NCBI RefSeq assembly: GCF_009914755.1
Contig: NC_060931.1
Source: the human T2T-CHM13v2.0 reference genome, Homo sapiens
Reading direction: 5' to 3' (one strand)
DNA: 64,000 nt
In this document: piece after piece, positions 13,506 through 24,540 of the stretch
Layout: every line of letters starts with the position of its first letter
Numbering within the stretch: the stretch's first letter is position 1
The notes under the pieces: generated by a model
The model's input: the letters and a program-made list of their open reading frames with translations, nothing else
Databases searched by the model: none
What the model was told of the DNA's origin: nothing
Translations under genes and position numbers: made by a program

Positions 13506-13954
13506 TGATGCAAGGCAGGTGAGCCCCCAAATTGGAGCTTAGCCCGGGAAGGTTCTTGGCTTTGCTCAGGAAAGAACTCAAGAGCAAGCTGATGGTAGAA
13601 GAAAGCAGCTTTACTGAGGTGGCAGTGTTGCTGCTCTGTGACCGCCCCTGCAGAGCAGAGCTGCCCCATAGGCAGTGCATGGAAAGTGGCAGTTCAGGGC
13701 AGTTCTGCAGTGATATTTATACCCACTTTTAATTACATGCAAATTAAGGTGCTGGTTGTTCAGAAATTTCTAGATAAATAGCGGTAACTTTCAGGTCATT
13801 GCCATGGAAGGGACAGTAGCCTCTGAGTGTTGCCATGGCAATGGTAAACTGACATGGCACAGGTGGGTGTGCCTTATGGAGAGATGCTTTCACCTCTTCC
13901 CTGTTTCAGCCAGTCTTCAATCCAGTCCAGAGTAAAGATCCACCACCTACCTCA
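13506..13954 (-). mobile_element. 3' LTR of MER66-type ERV1 provirus
   Basis: Minus strand TGAGGTAGG...CTGCCTTGCATCA, preceded by a polypurine-tract-like GAGGGGGTAC, with TATA-like GGTATAAAT at ~13714-13723. Confidence 0.8.
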
Positions 13955-14139
13955 GTACCCCCTCAGAGATTAGATACTCCTCCCTAATCTTAAGGGGGCT
14001 ACAGAAAGGCAGAGGTCTATCTTCCGCAACTCCTTTCTTTTGAGTTTATGTGTGCAGGCCCTGCCCAGTATCAGAAGAGTAAAAATCTCTGCATACTTGA
14101 TCTAAAGTGCCCCAAGGCAGGATGCCTTTATTCCCCAGG

Positions 14140-15596
14140 TCAGTAGACAAGATGGGGTGGAAGCCTTGTGTCAGCATTGTTGTTACCTGGGACTGCTGTA
14201 ATGTAGAAGACAAACTTTACTAAGAGGTTAAACAAGCAAGGACCAACAATTAGTACTAACAAGACAGCTATCAAAGGTCCTAGGAGAAGTAAAAACCAGG
14301 TGAAACTTGGGAAGGCACTTTTGATAGTTGATGAGATATAATTAGGGTCAGTACCCTGGTTATATCTATGTAACCAGGTAACTTGCTCAAAGATCTTTTG
14401 CATGTTAACCTCAAGCTGTCTAGAGCTGTTAGTATATGTGCAGCAGATTTTGTTAGCAACTGTACAGGCTCAACTTTGTTCAGTTAATAAGCCAATGCTA
14501 GCCTGTTATTGAGAACTACATTTGCCAAAGAGTCTAGGGACTCTTGAATTCCCTCAGTGCCTGATCTGTGTTGATGTTTAAGGATTCTAGTGTTCGAGTC
14601 AAGTTCTTTAGCGTTGACTCCTGGTAGGCAACGTCACTCCAGGGTGCTGCTAGTCCTGTGGCCGCCCTGATTCCTGCAAGAATTAATTTCACTGCTTGCT
14701 TACTTCCTGTGTTTTGGGTCTTAAGGGTTATAGACTATAACTCCTGCAGGGGCAAGGGTGGCCAGTGTACATTTACCTGTGTTCCAAGTTTTTTTATATA
14801 CAGGGGAAAGCTACTCCTAAAAGAACAGGCAGTTCCCTAGGGAATTGGGAGTGGTTATGGAGTGTGACTTCTTCCCATTCATGACTGCAAACAAAAATTA
14901 GCCCAGCTGGGCACAAACAAAGGCCCTATGGGGTGTGATGTCTATTCTTTGCTGCCAAGTAGAGTCTATGAGATATTCTTCCTCTGTTTAAATGGGGGTG
15001 GCCAAACAACCCTTGTTTTCCAGAAGGGTGTGGTACTCTCAGCTTCCTGGATTAGGCAGTAGTTTTTCCCCTATATGTTCTGATCCAGGAGAAAGCACCA
15101 TATGTGGTCTCCTCACTTACAAGTGGAATCCCACTTACCTCGCTGTGGCCTTGGGAACTTGGCAACTAGAGTTGAATCGGAGCATTGCAGGGAGTCTTCT
15201 GCTTTTGTGTCATTAACCCAACAATGGTTGCAAAAGATAAAATCATTAATGCACTGGAGATATAGATACCCAACTTCCCAGGTCCAGGTAATAGTAGCTG
15301 GGGGGGTTCAGGTGGAATCCGTTATGTGGAGAGTTCTCCTTAACAAGCAGGGGTCTGGGTTCTTTGGGATTGCTATGGTTAGTTAGGAGGTCTAGGGAGA
15401 AGGCTGTGAGATTTTGAGATTTTCCAGATAGACCAGAAGGTGGAACTCTCTATCCTGGGGATGTTGATGACAAATACAGAAACCATGAAGATTTCCTGAT
15501 GCTATAATTTTTGAAATATTTACTATAGAGTTTTTGTTCCCTCCCACACTGGATCAGGGTGATTGGGAGAGCAAACAGGACTCACAGTGACAGCAT
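14140..15596 (-). pseudogene. Decayed gamma-type retroviral env (ERV-V/MER66-like)
   Basis: ATG at 15596. N-terminal NSIVNISKIIASGNLHGFCICH; degenerate furin site GSKQ/AVKLILAGI; ISD SLANVVLNNRLAL; CX6CC as CTVANKICC; TM KSAFPSFTWFLLLLGPL. Stops and frameshifts are present. Confidence 0.88.
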
Positions 15597-15779
15597 GGTG
15601 TCCAGTTGGGACTTAGAGTGACCTCTACACCCAACAAGGACAAAAGAAGTGTTTCAACCAGGAGAAGGTGGTTGGCCAAAGTGATAGAAAAGAGGTATTA
15701 CAATCAGGAAGGGGAGAAAATTAATGCCCTTATTCTCATCCACAGCATCACATTACCACTTCTGGCTGAGTGTTGATTC

Positions 15780-16100
15780 TTTTAAATAGGTAGTGGAGGC
15801 CTTCCAAAGGTTCACAGATATATACAAGTCGTGGTGTCCCCCTTTTGTGCCTGTGACTCATAAGAAACAGGTTTTATCCTGGACCAGTATACCCAACTAG
15901 TTATTCCCTGAAGTTTAACAGCAGTGGGGGAACTTAATATCCGATAAGGGCCCTTTTATTTTGGTTGTAATTGATTCTTGGAGGATCCTTAATTTTAAAG
16001 TTTTTAGTAAGACTAAGTATTCTGGTTAGAGGCAATACTTTAGGTTCATATTCTTGAAAGACCTTGTGAACCTAGCCTAAATTTAAAATTTAGGGGGCAT
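15780..16100 (-). pseudogene. Integrase C-terminal remnant of the MER66-type provirus
   Basis: Minus-strand translation QLQPK*KGPYRILSSPTAVKLQGITSWVYWSRIKP carries the GPY/F motif. Confidence 0.8.
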
Positions 16101-17595
16101 AGTGAGGTATGTCCAACCCCTTGTTTCCATCTTGGCCTGAATTAGTCTTTTTTATTTTTTAGATTTTTTTGGAGGATTTCCTTTGGCCAAGTGACTTAGA
16201 GTCAAAAGACTTATAGTCAATTAAACATTCTAGACCAGACAAGAGTGGAAGTGGGTAGAAACTCATTAGCCTTTAAAACCATTCTAAGCAATTTAAGAGT
16301 CAAAAAATAAAAACCAAAAATAAGATTCTACAACTGACTTAACTATAAATTCTGTGCATTGAGCTGCTGTAATCTTGGCTTGTAGCAATTAGCTATACAA
16401 GACATAAGCACTTTGTTTAGGCATCTGTCTGCCTGTCCTTGATTTGGAGGGTCTGGATTGTTTCCCTTGAAACCCAGTCTTTGCAGTCTCACACGCACAC
16501 CTCTTCTGAGATAGTCCCCAAGCCTGGAAGAATTGAGTTGTTATAAATTCTGGAGGTAAAACATGAAGAATCAGCAATGTTACTAACAAAAAGGCCATAA
16601 GCCTTCCCTAGTTTTGAGAATGACAGGGAAGGAGTCTCACAGGTATCTAAACATTTAAGCTATTCAGTATCAAGACATATAATAAGTTATATTAATTCAG
16701 TTAGAGGCAAAATCATTAAATGGATACAAGCTTGTCTCTGTGTCTCATGAAAGCACTTTACTTTGATTTTCCCCTTTGCCCAGGTTTAAAGACAAGGTTT
16801 TGGTTAACTTGAGTTTGGTGTTAGATGCTGGAAGGAATTGGTGCTTTCTCCAGATGAGCTATGTGTACCCAGGAGTCAAAGTCCGGTAACTTAATAGCAC
16901 ATGGATTAGTTACCTAATAAGATTACCTGATAAGTTACCTAATTTGATTACCTGATAAGGAACTTGTCAAAGGTCTGGAGGTGGTGATCCTGGAAACCAC
17001 GACCTGACTAGAAACTAAAAAAAGAATTTATAACCTTGTGATGATTAATTTTTATAGCTTTGATAAACCCCAGCAACAACCCAGAGATTTAAACTAGGAT
17101 TTGATTCTGAGGGTGTTTGTCAAAGGTGTTAAAAGGCCCAAAATATTTGATCAATATGGAACCACAGGTTATTGTAAGCAATAGTTACTTGTTTATCCAA
17201 AGTGGTAACACCCTCTGCAATATGATTACCTCTCCTATGGGAAGCCCACTTAAATAACCTGAAAATTAAATTTGATGGAGAGAAAAAGAATACTTTAATT
17301 TGATCAAACACAGGAAAAATGTGTTTAAAGCTATGAGTATAGCAAAAGAACACGAAAAGTTTTCCAGTTACACTGAAAATCTAGAAACATCAAGAAAAAC
17401 CAAGAATCCCATGGCTGCTTTTTGTAGCTTTCTCCTGTCAAGGGCAGATTGAGTAATAAAATACATACCCAGGAGAGCTTGCCCTTCAGAAGAGTCTAGA
17501 TTTGTATTGGTGTATTTCCTGAGTGTCTCAACCAAACCACCCTGAAACAGAGTGGGATTTTTTATTTTTCCCTGAGTTGTTTCTCTAACCTTGTC

Positions 17596-18355
17596 TTAAT
17601 TGACTGGCTGAACTGCACACTCTTTCCTCCACTTTTTCTCCACGGTACGGCAAGCAGACAACAATATTTGCAAGTCATGACAAGTTAAATTAAAGAACAT
17701 AGTCAACTTAATGAACTCCTCTATAAACTTTTCTGAGTTCTCTGAAAACTGACCACATTTTTCATTGCATGAAGCCAAGTTGCACATAGAAAATGGCACA
17801 TGTACTCTAAATGTTCTGTTATTTCCATCAGCTACTGCCTGCAATGGACACAGGTTTGATTTTCGGGGCTGATATGGGGCCCTGCTCCTGGTGGTACTGG
17901 TTGGTTTTGCTTTCTTGGGAAGAGTGGGTATAGGCTGGGGATTGTTAGATAGGCTGGTACCTGATGACCTTGGGGTGAAATCCTTTATTAGAGAACTGGC
18001 AGGACCGCCCATCAGAACTGGGGGACTGAGGAGGCTCCAGAGAGGGTGTAGGCCTTCTAGGGGGAGCATCTAGTAGGGGGTCCCTTAGGCATGGCTTCCT
18101 GGTGCCTGGAAGTAACATGAGCCAGTAAAAAGCTCTAAAAGCCTGCACATAAGGGACCTCTTCCCAATTTCCTTCTACAGAACTAATGTAAAATAATGTA
18201 AAGACCCAGGCCTAGGATGGATCTGTTTATTTTCTAATTGGTAACAGACCCAAACAGTGATGCAATAGAAAATGAGTTTCAAATTTGAATTCGCTCCAAG
18301 AACCTAAAAGACACCCCGGTGGCAAGTCATCTGGGATACTCATCATTGTTCCCAT
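17596..18355 (-). pseudogene. gag remnant (MA to start of CA) of the MER66-type provirus
   Basis: MGTMMSIPDDLPPGCLLGSW.../LIFYCITVW... from ATG 18355. ORF 17596-18069 contains LCPLQAVADG...RVHVPFSM...GQFSENSEKFIEEF...LTCHDLQILLS, typical of class I ERV Gag. Confidence 0.85.
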
Positions 18356-19151
18356 GGTTTGCTACAGGACTCAGAAGTTTTTCTAATTCTAGTGTGAGTA
18401 AAAGCAACTGGGCTCTTGCAACTTTTCCTTTTTAGATTCTTACTAACTGCAGAGAAGGTGAAAGTATAGAAAGCAAGACATTATGAAAGTGGATTATATT
18501 TGCCAATGAACAAAGCATGACAAAAAAGTATTTTTATCAAGCAAAGTGTAGAATGAAAAGTGTAAATAAACTGACAATAAGAAAATCCTGTTATGGAAAG
18601 TGATATATTTAGGGCAGAAAGCAAGAAAAGGCAAGACCAAGATTCCCCTAGGGGAATTCCAATGCTGAAAACCCCGGAGCATCCAGCGGGCAGCCAATAC
18701 CAAATGCTGAAAAGCTGGAGTAGCTGAGTATCAACCAGTGGGGTTCCCCACACCAAATGTCAGAAATCTTCAAGTATCTGGGGGCTGGCCAATGCTGAAA
18801 ACCCCAAAACATCAGTGGGGTGGCCAACAGGAAACCCAAAGGCCTGGTTAGGGCCACAGAACAATGTGACTCTGGTGTCCCAGAGTCAACACAACAGGGG
18901 ACTTCTCATAACCAAGTGTCTTGCTTTACACAATTGCCCAAATACAGTTAACAGAAAGTCAAAGCAAAAACAAAAAACCAACAAAAACTCTGCAGACAAA
19001 ATGTACATTTTAGAACTGAAAATAAAATGGCTGGTTGAGCAATAAGATGAAGTCAGAAGAGAAAGGACCAGGGAAAGCAATGACAAGGGTATCTTTGAAT
19101 TTTTTGTTATTAGAGAAGACTTTTGCAAAAATTTCTTGGTATGACATTTAT

Positions 19152-19985
19152 ACATGGCATTCAGGACATGTTACCCCAAAATATGGCACCTTGGCATATT
19201 GACTGTTTTAAACTGAAGCATTTGAGAAACCACATGTGCAGAAATAACTTTCTGACCTTCCCCTGAAGTGGGTCATAAGACCCTTATGTGAAAGGTATCC
19301 TCCTTCCACCTGAAGGAATGGAGCAACCTTGTCTTCAAAGAGGAAGAGACACCAGTAGAAATCTGAACACACAGGCCTGGCTGTTTCCCCTGGTTTACTA
19401 TAGCTCATACCTTGTCCTATCACATTTCTCCACAACTCTCCACTCTTGATCAAATCTAGCATTTAAAACACTTATTCTTCACTTCCTTATGAAGGCCGCG
19501 TGTCAAGTGAAGCTATATTATAAATTTATATGATTTTCTCTTATAAATCTGTTTTTTGTTACAGGGGCCCAGCTGAGAACTTAGAAGAGTAAATGAGAAA
19601 GATATTATATTAGTCTGTTTTCACCCTGCTAATAACAACATACCCAAGACTGGGTAATTTATAAAGGAAAGAGGTTTAATTAACTCACAGTTCTACATGG
19701 CTGGGGAGGCCTCATAGTCATGGCGGAAGGTGAATGAGGAGCAAAGTCACGTCTTGCATAGTGGTAGGCAAGAGGTGTGTGCAGGAGAACTCCCCTTTAT
19801 AAAGCCATCAGATCTCCTGAGACTTATTCCTATCATAAGACCAGCACAAGAAAGACCCGCCCCCATGATTTAATTACCTTCCACTGGGTCCCTCCCATGA
19901 CATGGGAATTATGGGAGCTACAATTTAAGAGGAGATTTGGGTGGGGACACAGCCAAAAGATATCAGATATTTTTCCTCCCCTACA
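19152..19985 (+). mobile_element. MER39-family LTR interrupted by THE1
   Basis: ttcaggacatgttaccccaaaatatggcaccttggcat...ttttcctcccctaca. Confidence 0.75.
19606..19965 (-). mobile_element. THE1 (THE1C/D-like) MaLR solo LTR
   Basis: THE1 consensus in antisense with a perfect 5-bp TSD GATAT (19601-19605 and 19966-19970). Confidence 0.9.
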
Positions 19986-20926
19986 GACATGTATTTAGAG
20001 AGGGAGAGGTTGTTCTTTGTATCTTATTTTGTCATAATGTGACATGTCAATAAAATATTGTGATTATAATGGCATGTGTGTTTATTTATGTTAAGAAATT
20101 CTAAATAATCTCTAAAAAATCACATTCCTGAGAGTCTTTCATAATAACTATAAGGTTTTTTTAAAAAGCATTTTTCTCTCTCTCTTTACATAATCAAATT
20201 GAAGGTATTATTTTGGCCAGATTTTTAGATTTATTTTCTGAAAAATAATATAAGTTTATGCCAGATTGTGTGATGTTCTCTTTTGTTCTACAAATGCACA
20301 TTTTGAAGCTGTGATATAAATATTAGGATTCATAAACATTAAAAAATGTGGCACTATTTTGACCTGCTGTGTTCCTTTTTCTAAAAATAACTCATATTTA
20401 TTACATTTTCTTATTGAAATTTTAATATCTGGGTACTACAGTAATACAACTGTTCAATAAATATGTAATGAGTGATATTGTTAAGTATCTACTTTACATT
20501 ACAGTCATACATAACTTTTGACATCCATAAAGGTGATTGTGTATTATAATAAAGTCTGAAGCAGTTATACTATTTTTCCGTTTTATTTTAGGTAACAGTA
20601 TATTTTGTTCCAAGCATGTGGTAACCATAGTATTTGAATATCCAGTCCTATATATGGTGTTCAAGCTGTTCTGTTCCATTACTAATGTCCTTCAACTAGA
20701 AATTTAAAAATGTAGGTTTTCAATCCAATTTCACTATTACACCAACAGCCATTTGAATTTAAGCAAGTTCTTATCCTAAATCCAGTTTCTTTTTCTGTAA
20801 TACTCAGTTCAAACATTCAATAAACATTTCCTGAGCCCTTGTTATATTCTAAACACTGTAAGCATAAGGTTGAAAGGCATAGACTTTAAGAGGTTAGTGG
20901 TGTCAAAGTATAATTTTCAAAAAGTT

Positions 20927-21145
20927 AGCCTGGGTAACATGGTGAAACCCTGTCTCTACCAAAAATACAAAAAAAAAAAAAAAAATTTAGCCAGGCTTAG
21001 TGGTGCACAACCCTGGCTCCAGCTACTCAGGAGGCTGAGATGGGAGGATTCCTGGAGCCGGGAAGGTGGGGGTGGCAGTGAGCCATGATGGTGCCACTCC
21101 AGCCTAGACAATGGAGGAAGACGCTGTCTCAAAAGAACAACCAAA
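20927..21145 (+). mobile_element. 5'-truncated AluJ
   Basis: Partial left arm, A-rich linker and right arm, flanked by caaaaagtta repeats. Confidence 0.85.
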
Positions 21146-21295
21146 AAGTTAAATATGTACCTGTCAAATGAGCATGAAGTGAACACATGTCAAATATTTA
21201 ATTCTCTCCATAGTGCTAGAATCTGTAAGATGGTAATAGTGGTTCAAAGAAAGAAGGAAGTATTTAGACTAGCTGAAAAAGGAACACTTGAATAA

Positions 21296-21823
21296 TGAAG
21301 GCTATTAGAACATCCCACCCCAGTATAGTCTCTTTGGCATATGGATTGTTTTGAGCTAAACACAACTGGGAACCAGCAGATGGAGAAAAAATTTTCTTTA
21401 CCTTACTGCCTAAAAATAGAGAATAAATCTTCCCTTTTGTAAGGAAAATTATTTCCATTTATAAAGGAAATTTACAGTTGTAATTGTGTCTCATACCAGA
21501 GATAACTCTTATGCGCTGAACAACTCTTATCTGCAGAAGACAACTGTTATTTACCATACATTTCTCCCCATTCTTACCTTCCCATAACATTCCTCCCCTG
21601 TGTAGAAGCCCCATACTCCTTTTCCTTTGTTTAGCCTAAAATGGTTTATAAGCCCCAATCACCTGCCTGCCTGCTTGAGGCTCATTTATTTGTGAGACTT
21701 CATTGCATATATGTGTAATTAAAACAGATTTTTCTCTTGTTAATCTATCTTTTAACAGTTTGATTTGTGGGCCTCAGTCATCGAACCTAGGAGGGCGGGG
21801 GGAATAATATTTTTCCTCCCTCA
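21296..21823 (+). mobile_element. MER34-family LTR
   Basis: TGAAGG...ctttggcatatggattgttttgagctaaa...tttctcttgttaatct...ttttcctccc, MER34/MER39-group termini. Confidence 0.7.
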
Positions 21824-21977
21824 TAACAAGATTGCTGATTTAAATGTAACCCTAGTTAATTATCTTACAAAAGATGTGAACAACAAAACCACATTGCTAT
21901 AAAACAATCATTTGAATTTACTGGCTGGTGATTATCTTTGTAGAGTTGTAACTTACCTAAATCAATAGTAAATAAGC

Positions 21978-22809
21978 CTAGGGGCATAAAGATGTACTAC
22001 TTTTCCTCAACCCATCTGAAGGGCAATGGCAACACTCTTATAACAAAAGACAAGTTAACCTGAGAAAAGCATAAATTTATTTAGTAAAAGTTTTATGTGA
22101 CACAAGAAACTTCAGCAATGGAGATGCAAAGACTCAGGGAAGACTGTCTGTTTTTATGCTTAGGTTCTATGAAGAATGCCCATCCATGTAGAAATGTGAT
22201 TGGACAATGATGGTATGGCCTAATGATAATAGACTGAGGAGGGAAACTCAGCAAGGTTTTTCTTTCTGTGTAGCATTCCCTCCTCCTGGGTATAGGGCAG
22301 TACCCCTCTGAAATGGCAGTCTGTTTGGCAAAGGCACTTGACAGCTGTAACTGAAGCACACCCTGAGAGTGATCCTATGGTCTAAGAAAAGTGTTGGTTC
22401 AGGGTTCTGAGCTAAGATATCTGGAAATGGCCAATATGGAGATTCACTCCTTATCTATGAAGGACATTTGAACCCTTGGCCCATCCCTTGGAATGCAGGC
22501 CATACAGGGGATTGAGGTCCTTTGTTTTGGGTTAAAAGGAAGTTGCTAGGTGGAGGGTGCTAAGTAGAAATGCTGCATAAACTACATGCTTTTTGCAAAC
22601 GGTAGTCGCACTGGACTGCCCCGTACATAAGTCCTCAATACACCCTATTAGCTGTTTCTGGCTCTCTTCTGTGGCCTCTTGTGCACAGTACTATACTTAT
22701 TGGAGCCAATAAGGGTCTAGCACAACAGGGTCTTCAAGAGAGAAGAGAGATGGGAGAGAGCAACCTTTCTAGGTTTTACGGCTCACTTTGTGGAAGAGAA
22801 GTTCTAGTT
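21978..22809 (-). mobile_element. MER39-family LTR (partial), interrupted twice
   Basis: Antisense match to the MER39 copy at 19152 (ttttatgtgacac, tagaaatgtgattggacaa, gggtatagggca). Confidence 0.7.
22322..22727 (+). mobile_element. ERVL-class solo LTR (LTR47/LTR32-like) nested in MER39
   Basis: TG...CA termini; internal catacaggggattgaggtcctttgttttgggttaaa...gagggtgctaagt motif; partial TSD (cagtc/gggtc). Confidence 0.65.
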
Positions 22810-24025
22810 TGTATTATTGTATTTGTTTTCATGCTGCTCATAAAGACTTACCTGAAACTGGGAACAAAAAAGAGGTTTAATTGGACTTATAGTTCCACAT
22901 GGCTGGGGAAGCCTCAGAATTATGGCAGAAGCTGAAAGGCACTTCTTACATGGTGGTGGCAAGAGAAAAATAAGGAGGAAGCAAAAGCGGAAACCCCTGA
23001 TAGTCCCATCAGAGCTCCTGAGACTTATTCACTATCACAAGAATAGCACAGGAAAGACCAGCCCTCGTGATTCAATTACCTCCCCCTGGGTCCCTCCCAC
23101 AACACATGGGAATTCTGGGAGATACAATTCAAGTTGAGATTTCGGTGGGGACACAGCCAAACCATATCATTTCACCCCTGGCCCCTCCAAATCTCATGTC
23201 CTCACATTTCAAAATCAATCGTACCTTCCCAATAGTCCCAAAAAGCCTTAACTCATTTTAGCATTAACCCAAAAGTCCACAATCCAAAGTCTCATCTGAG
23301 ACAAGGCAAGTCCCCTCCAGCTATGAGTCTGTAAAATCAAAAGCAAGCTAGTTACTTCCTAGATACAATGGGGGTACAGATATTTGATAAATACACCTGT
23401 TCCAAATGGGAGAAATTAGCCAAAACAAAGGGCCATGCAAGGGGTTACAGGGCCCACACAAGCCCAAAATCCAGTGGGGCAGTCAAATTTAAAAGCTCCA
23501 AAATTATCTCCTTTGACTTCAGGTCTCACATCTAGGTCACACTGATGAAAAAGGTGAGTTCCCATGGTCTTGGGCAGCTCCACTCCTGTGACTTTGCAGG
23601 GTACAGTCTCCCTCCTGGTTGCTTTCACAGGCCGGTGTTGAGTGTCTGCAGCTTTTCCAGGTGCACGGTGCAAGCTGCTGGTGGATCTGCCATTCTGGAG
23701 GATGGTGACCCTCTTCTCACAGCTCCACTAGGCAGTACCCCAGTAGGGACTCTGTTTGGGGGCTCTGACCCCACATTTTCCTTCTGCACTGCCCTAGCAG
23801 ATGTTCTTCATGAGGGCCCCACCCCTAAGGCAAACTTTTGCCTGGGTATCCAGGCATTTCCATACATGTTCTGAAATCTAGGTGGAGGTTTCCAAACCTC
23901 AATTCTTGACTTCTGTGCACCTGTAGGCTCAACACCATGTGGAAGTTGCCAAGCCTTGAGGCCTCCACCCTCTGAAGCCAAAGCCTGAGCTGTATGTTGG
24001 CCCCTTTCAGCCATGGCTGGGCCTG
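22810..24025 (-). mobile_element. THE1A-like 3' LTR (22810-23169) plus truncated THE1 internal region
   Basis: THE1 LTR, then antisense PPT (tttcacccctggcccctcc) and MaLR internal sequence that ends abruptly near 24025. Confidence 0.9.
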
Positions 24026-24175
24026 ACAATCTTCAAAAAATACACTAAAAGGAAATATTGCAATCTCTTTTGCTTGTTTACAAGTTTTGGGTACTTTTCT
24101 TAGAAGAGGGAAAGAGAGATCAGTAAAGTATGATAAGTGCTTTGATGTAAGCAGGAGCAGGGTACTATAAAACTA

Positions 24176-24540
24176 GAGGAGTCCCCACTTTTCTGTAGTT
24201 TTGCTTTCTGCAGATTCAGTTACCTGAGGTCAACCATGGTCTGAAAATATTAAATGTAAAATTCCAGAAATAAACAATTTATAAGCTTTAAGTTGCGTGC
24301 CATTTTGAGTAGCATGATGACCTCTCACACCATCCTGTTTCATTCTACCAAGGACATGAAACATTCCTTTGCCCAGCAAATCCATACTATGATATCTGCT
24401 TGATTAGTCACTTAGTAGCATCTTAGTTACCAGACAGATAAAAAAAAACATAGTGTATATAGGGTTTGGTAGTATCTGCGGTTTCTGGCATTCACTGGAG
24501 GTCTTAGAATGTATTCCTCATAGATAAGAAGGGACTACTG
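24176..24540 (+). mobile_element. MER44A (Tigger7-derived)
   Basis: ttcagttacctgaggtcaaccatggtctgaaaatattaaatg...gataagaagggactactg. Confidence 0.85.

Larger units (their letters stand above)
13506..19100 (-). mobile_element. MER66/HERV-V-related provirus lacking its 5' LTR and most of pol
   Basis: Colinear leader, gag, AT-rich spacer, integrase tail, env, PPT and LTR on the minus strand; no second LTR copy near 19.1 kb. Confidence 0.8.

Noticed and set aside
14140-14403. 87-aa env TM ORF as a functional captured gene
   Set aside because: It lacks signal peptide, SU, fusion peptide and ISD in frame, and upstream stops and frameshifts are present.
18640-18840. Repeat-spacer pattern superficially like a CRISPR array
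   Set aside because: Repeats are short, degenerate and irregularly spaced in a primate ERV leader, and there are no cas genes.
23416-24029. Several 70-110 aa ORFs
   Set aside because: They fall in THE1 internal sequence, whose ORF is fragmented here.
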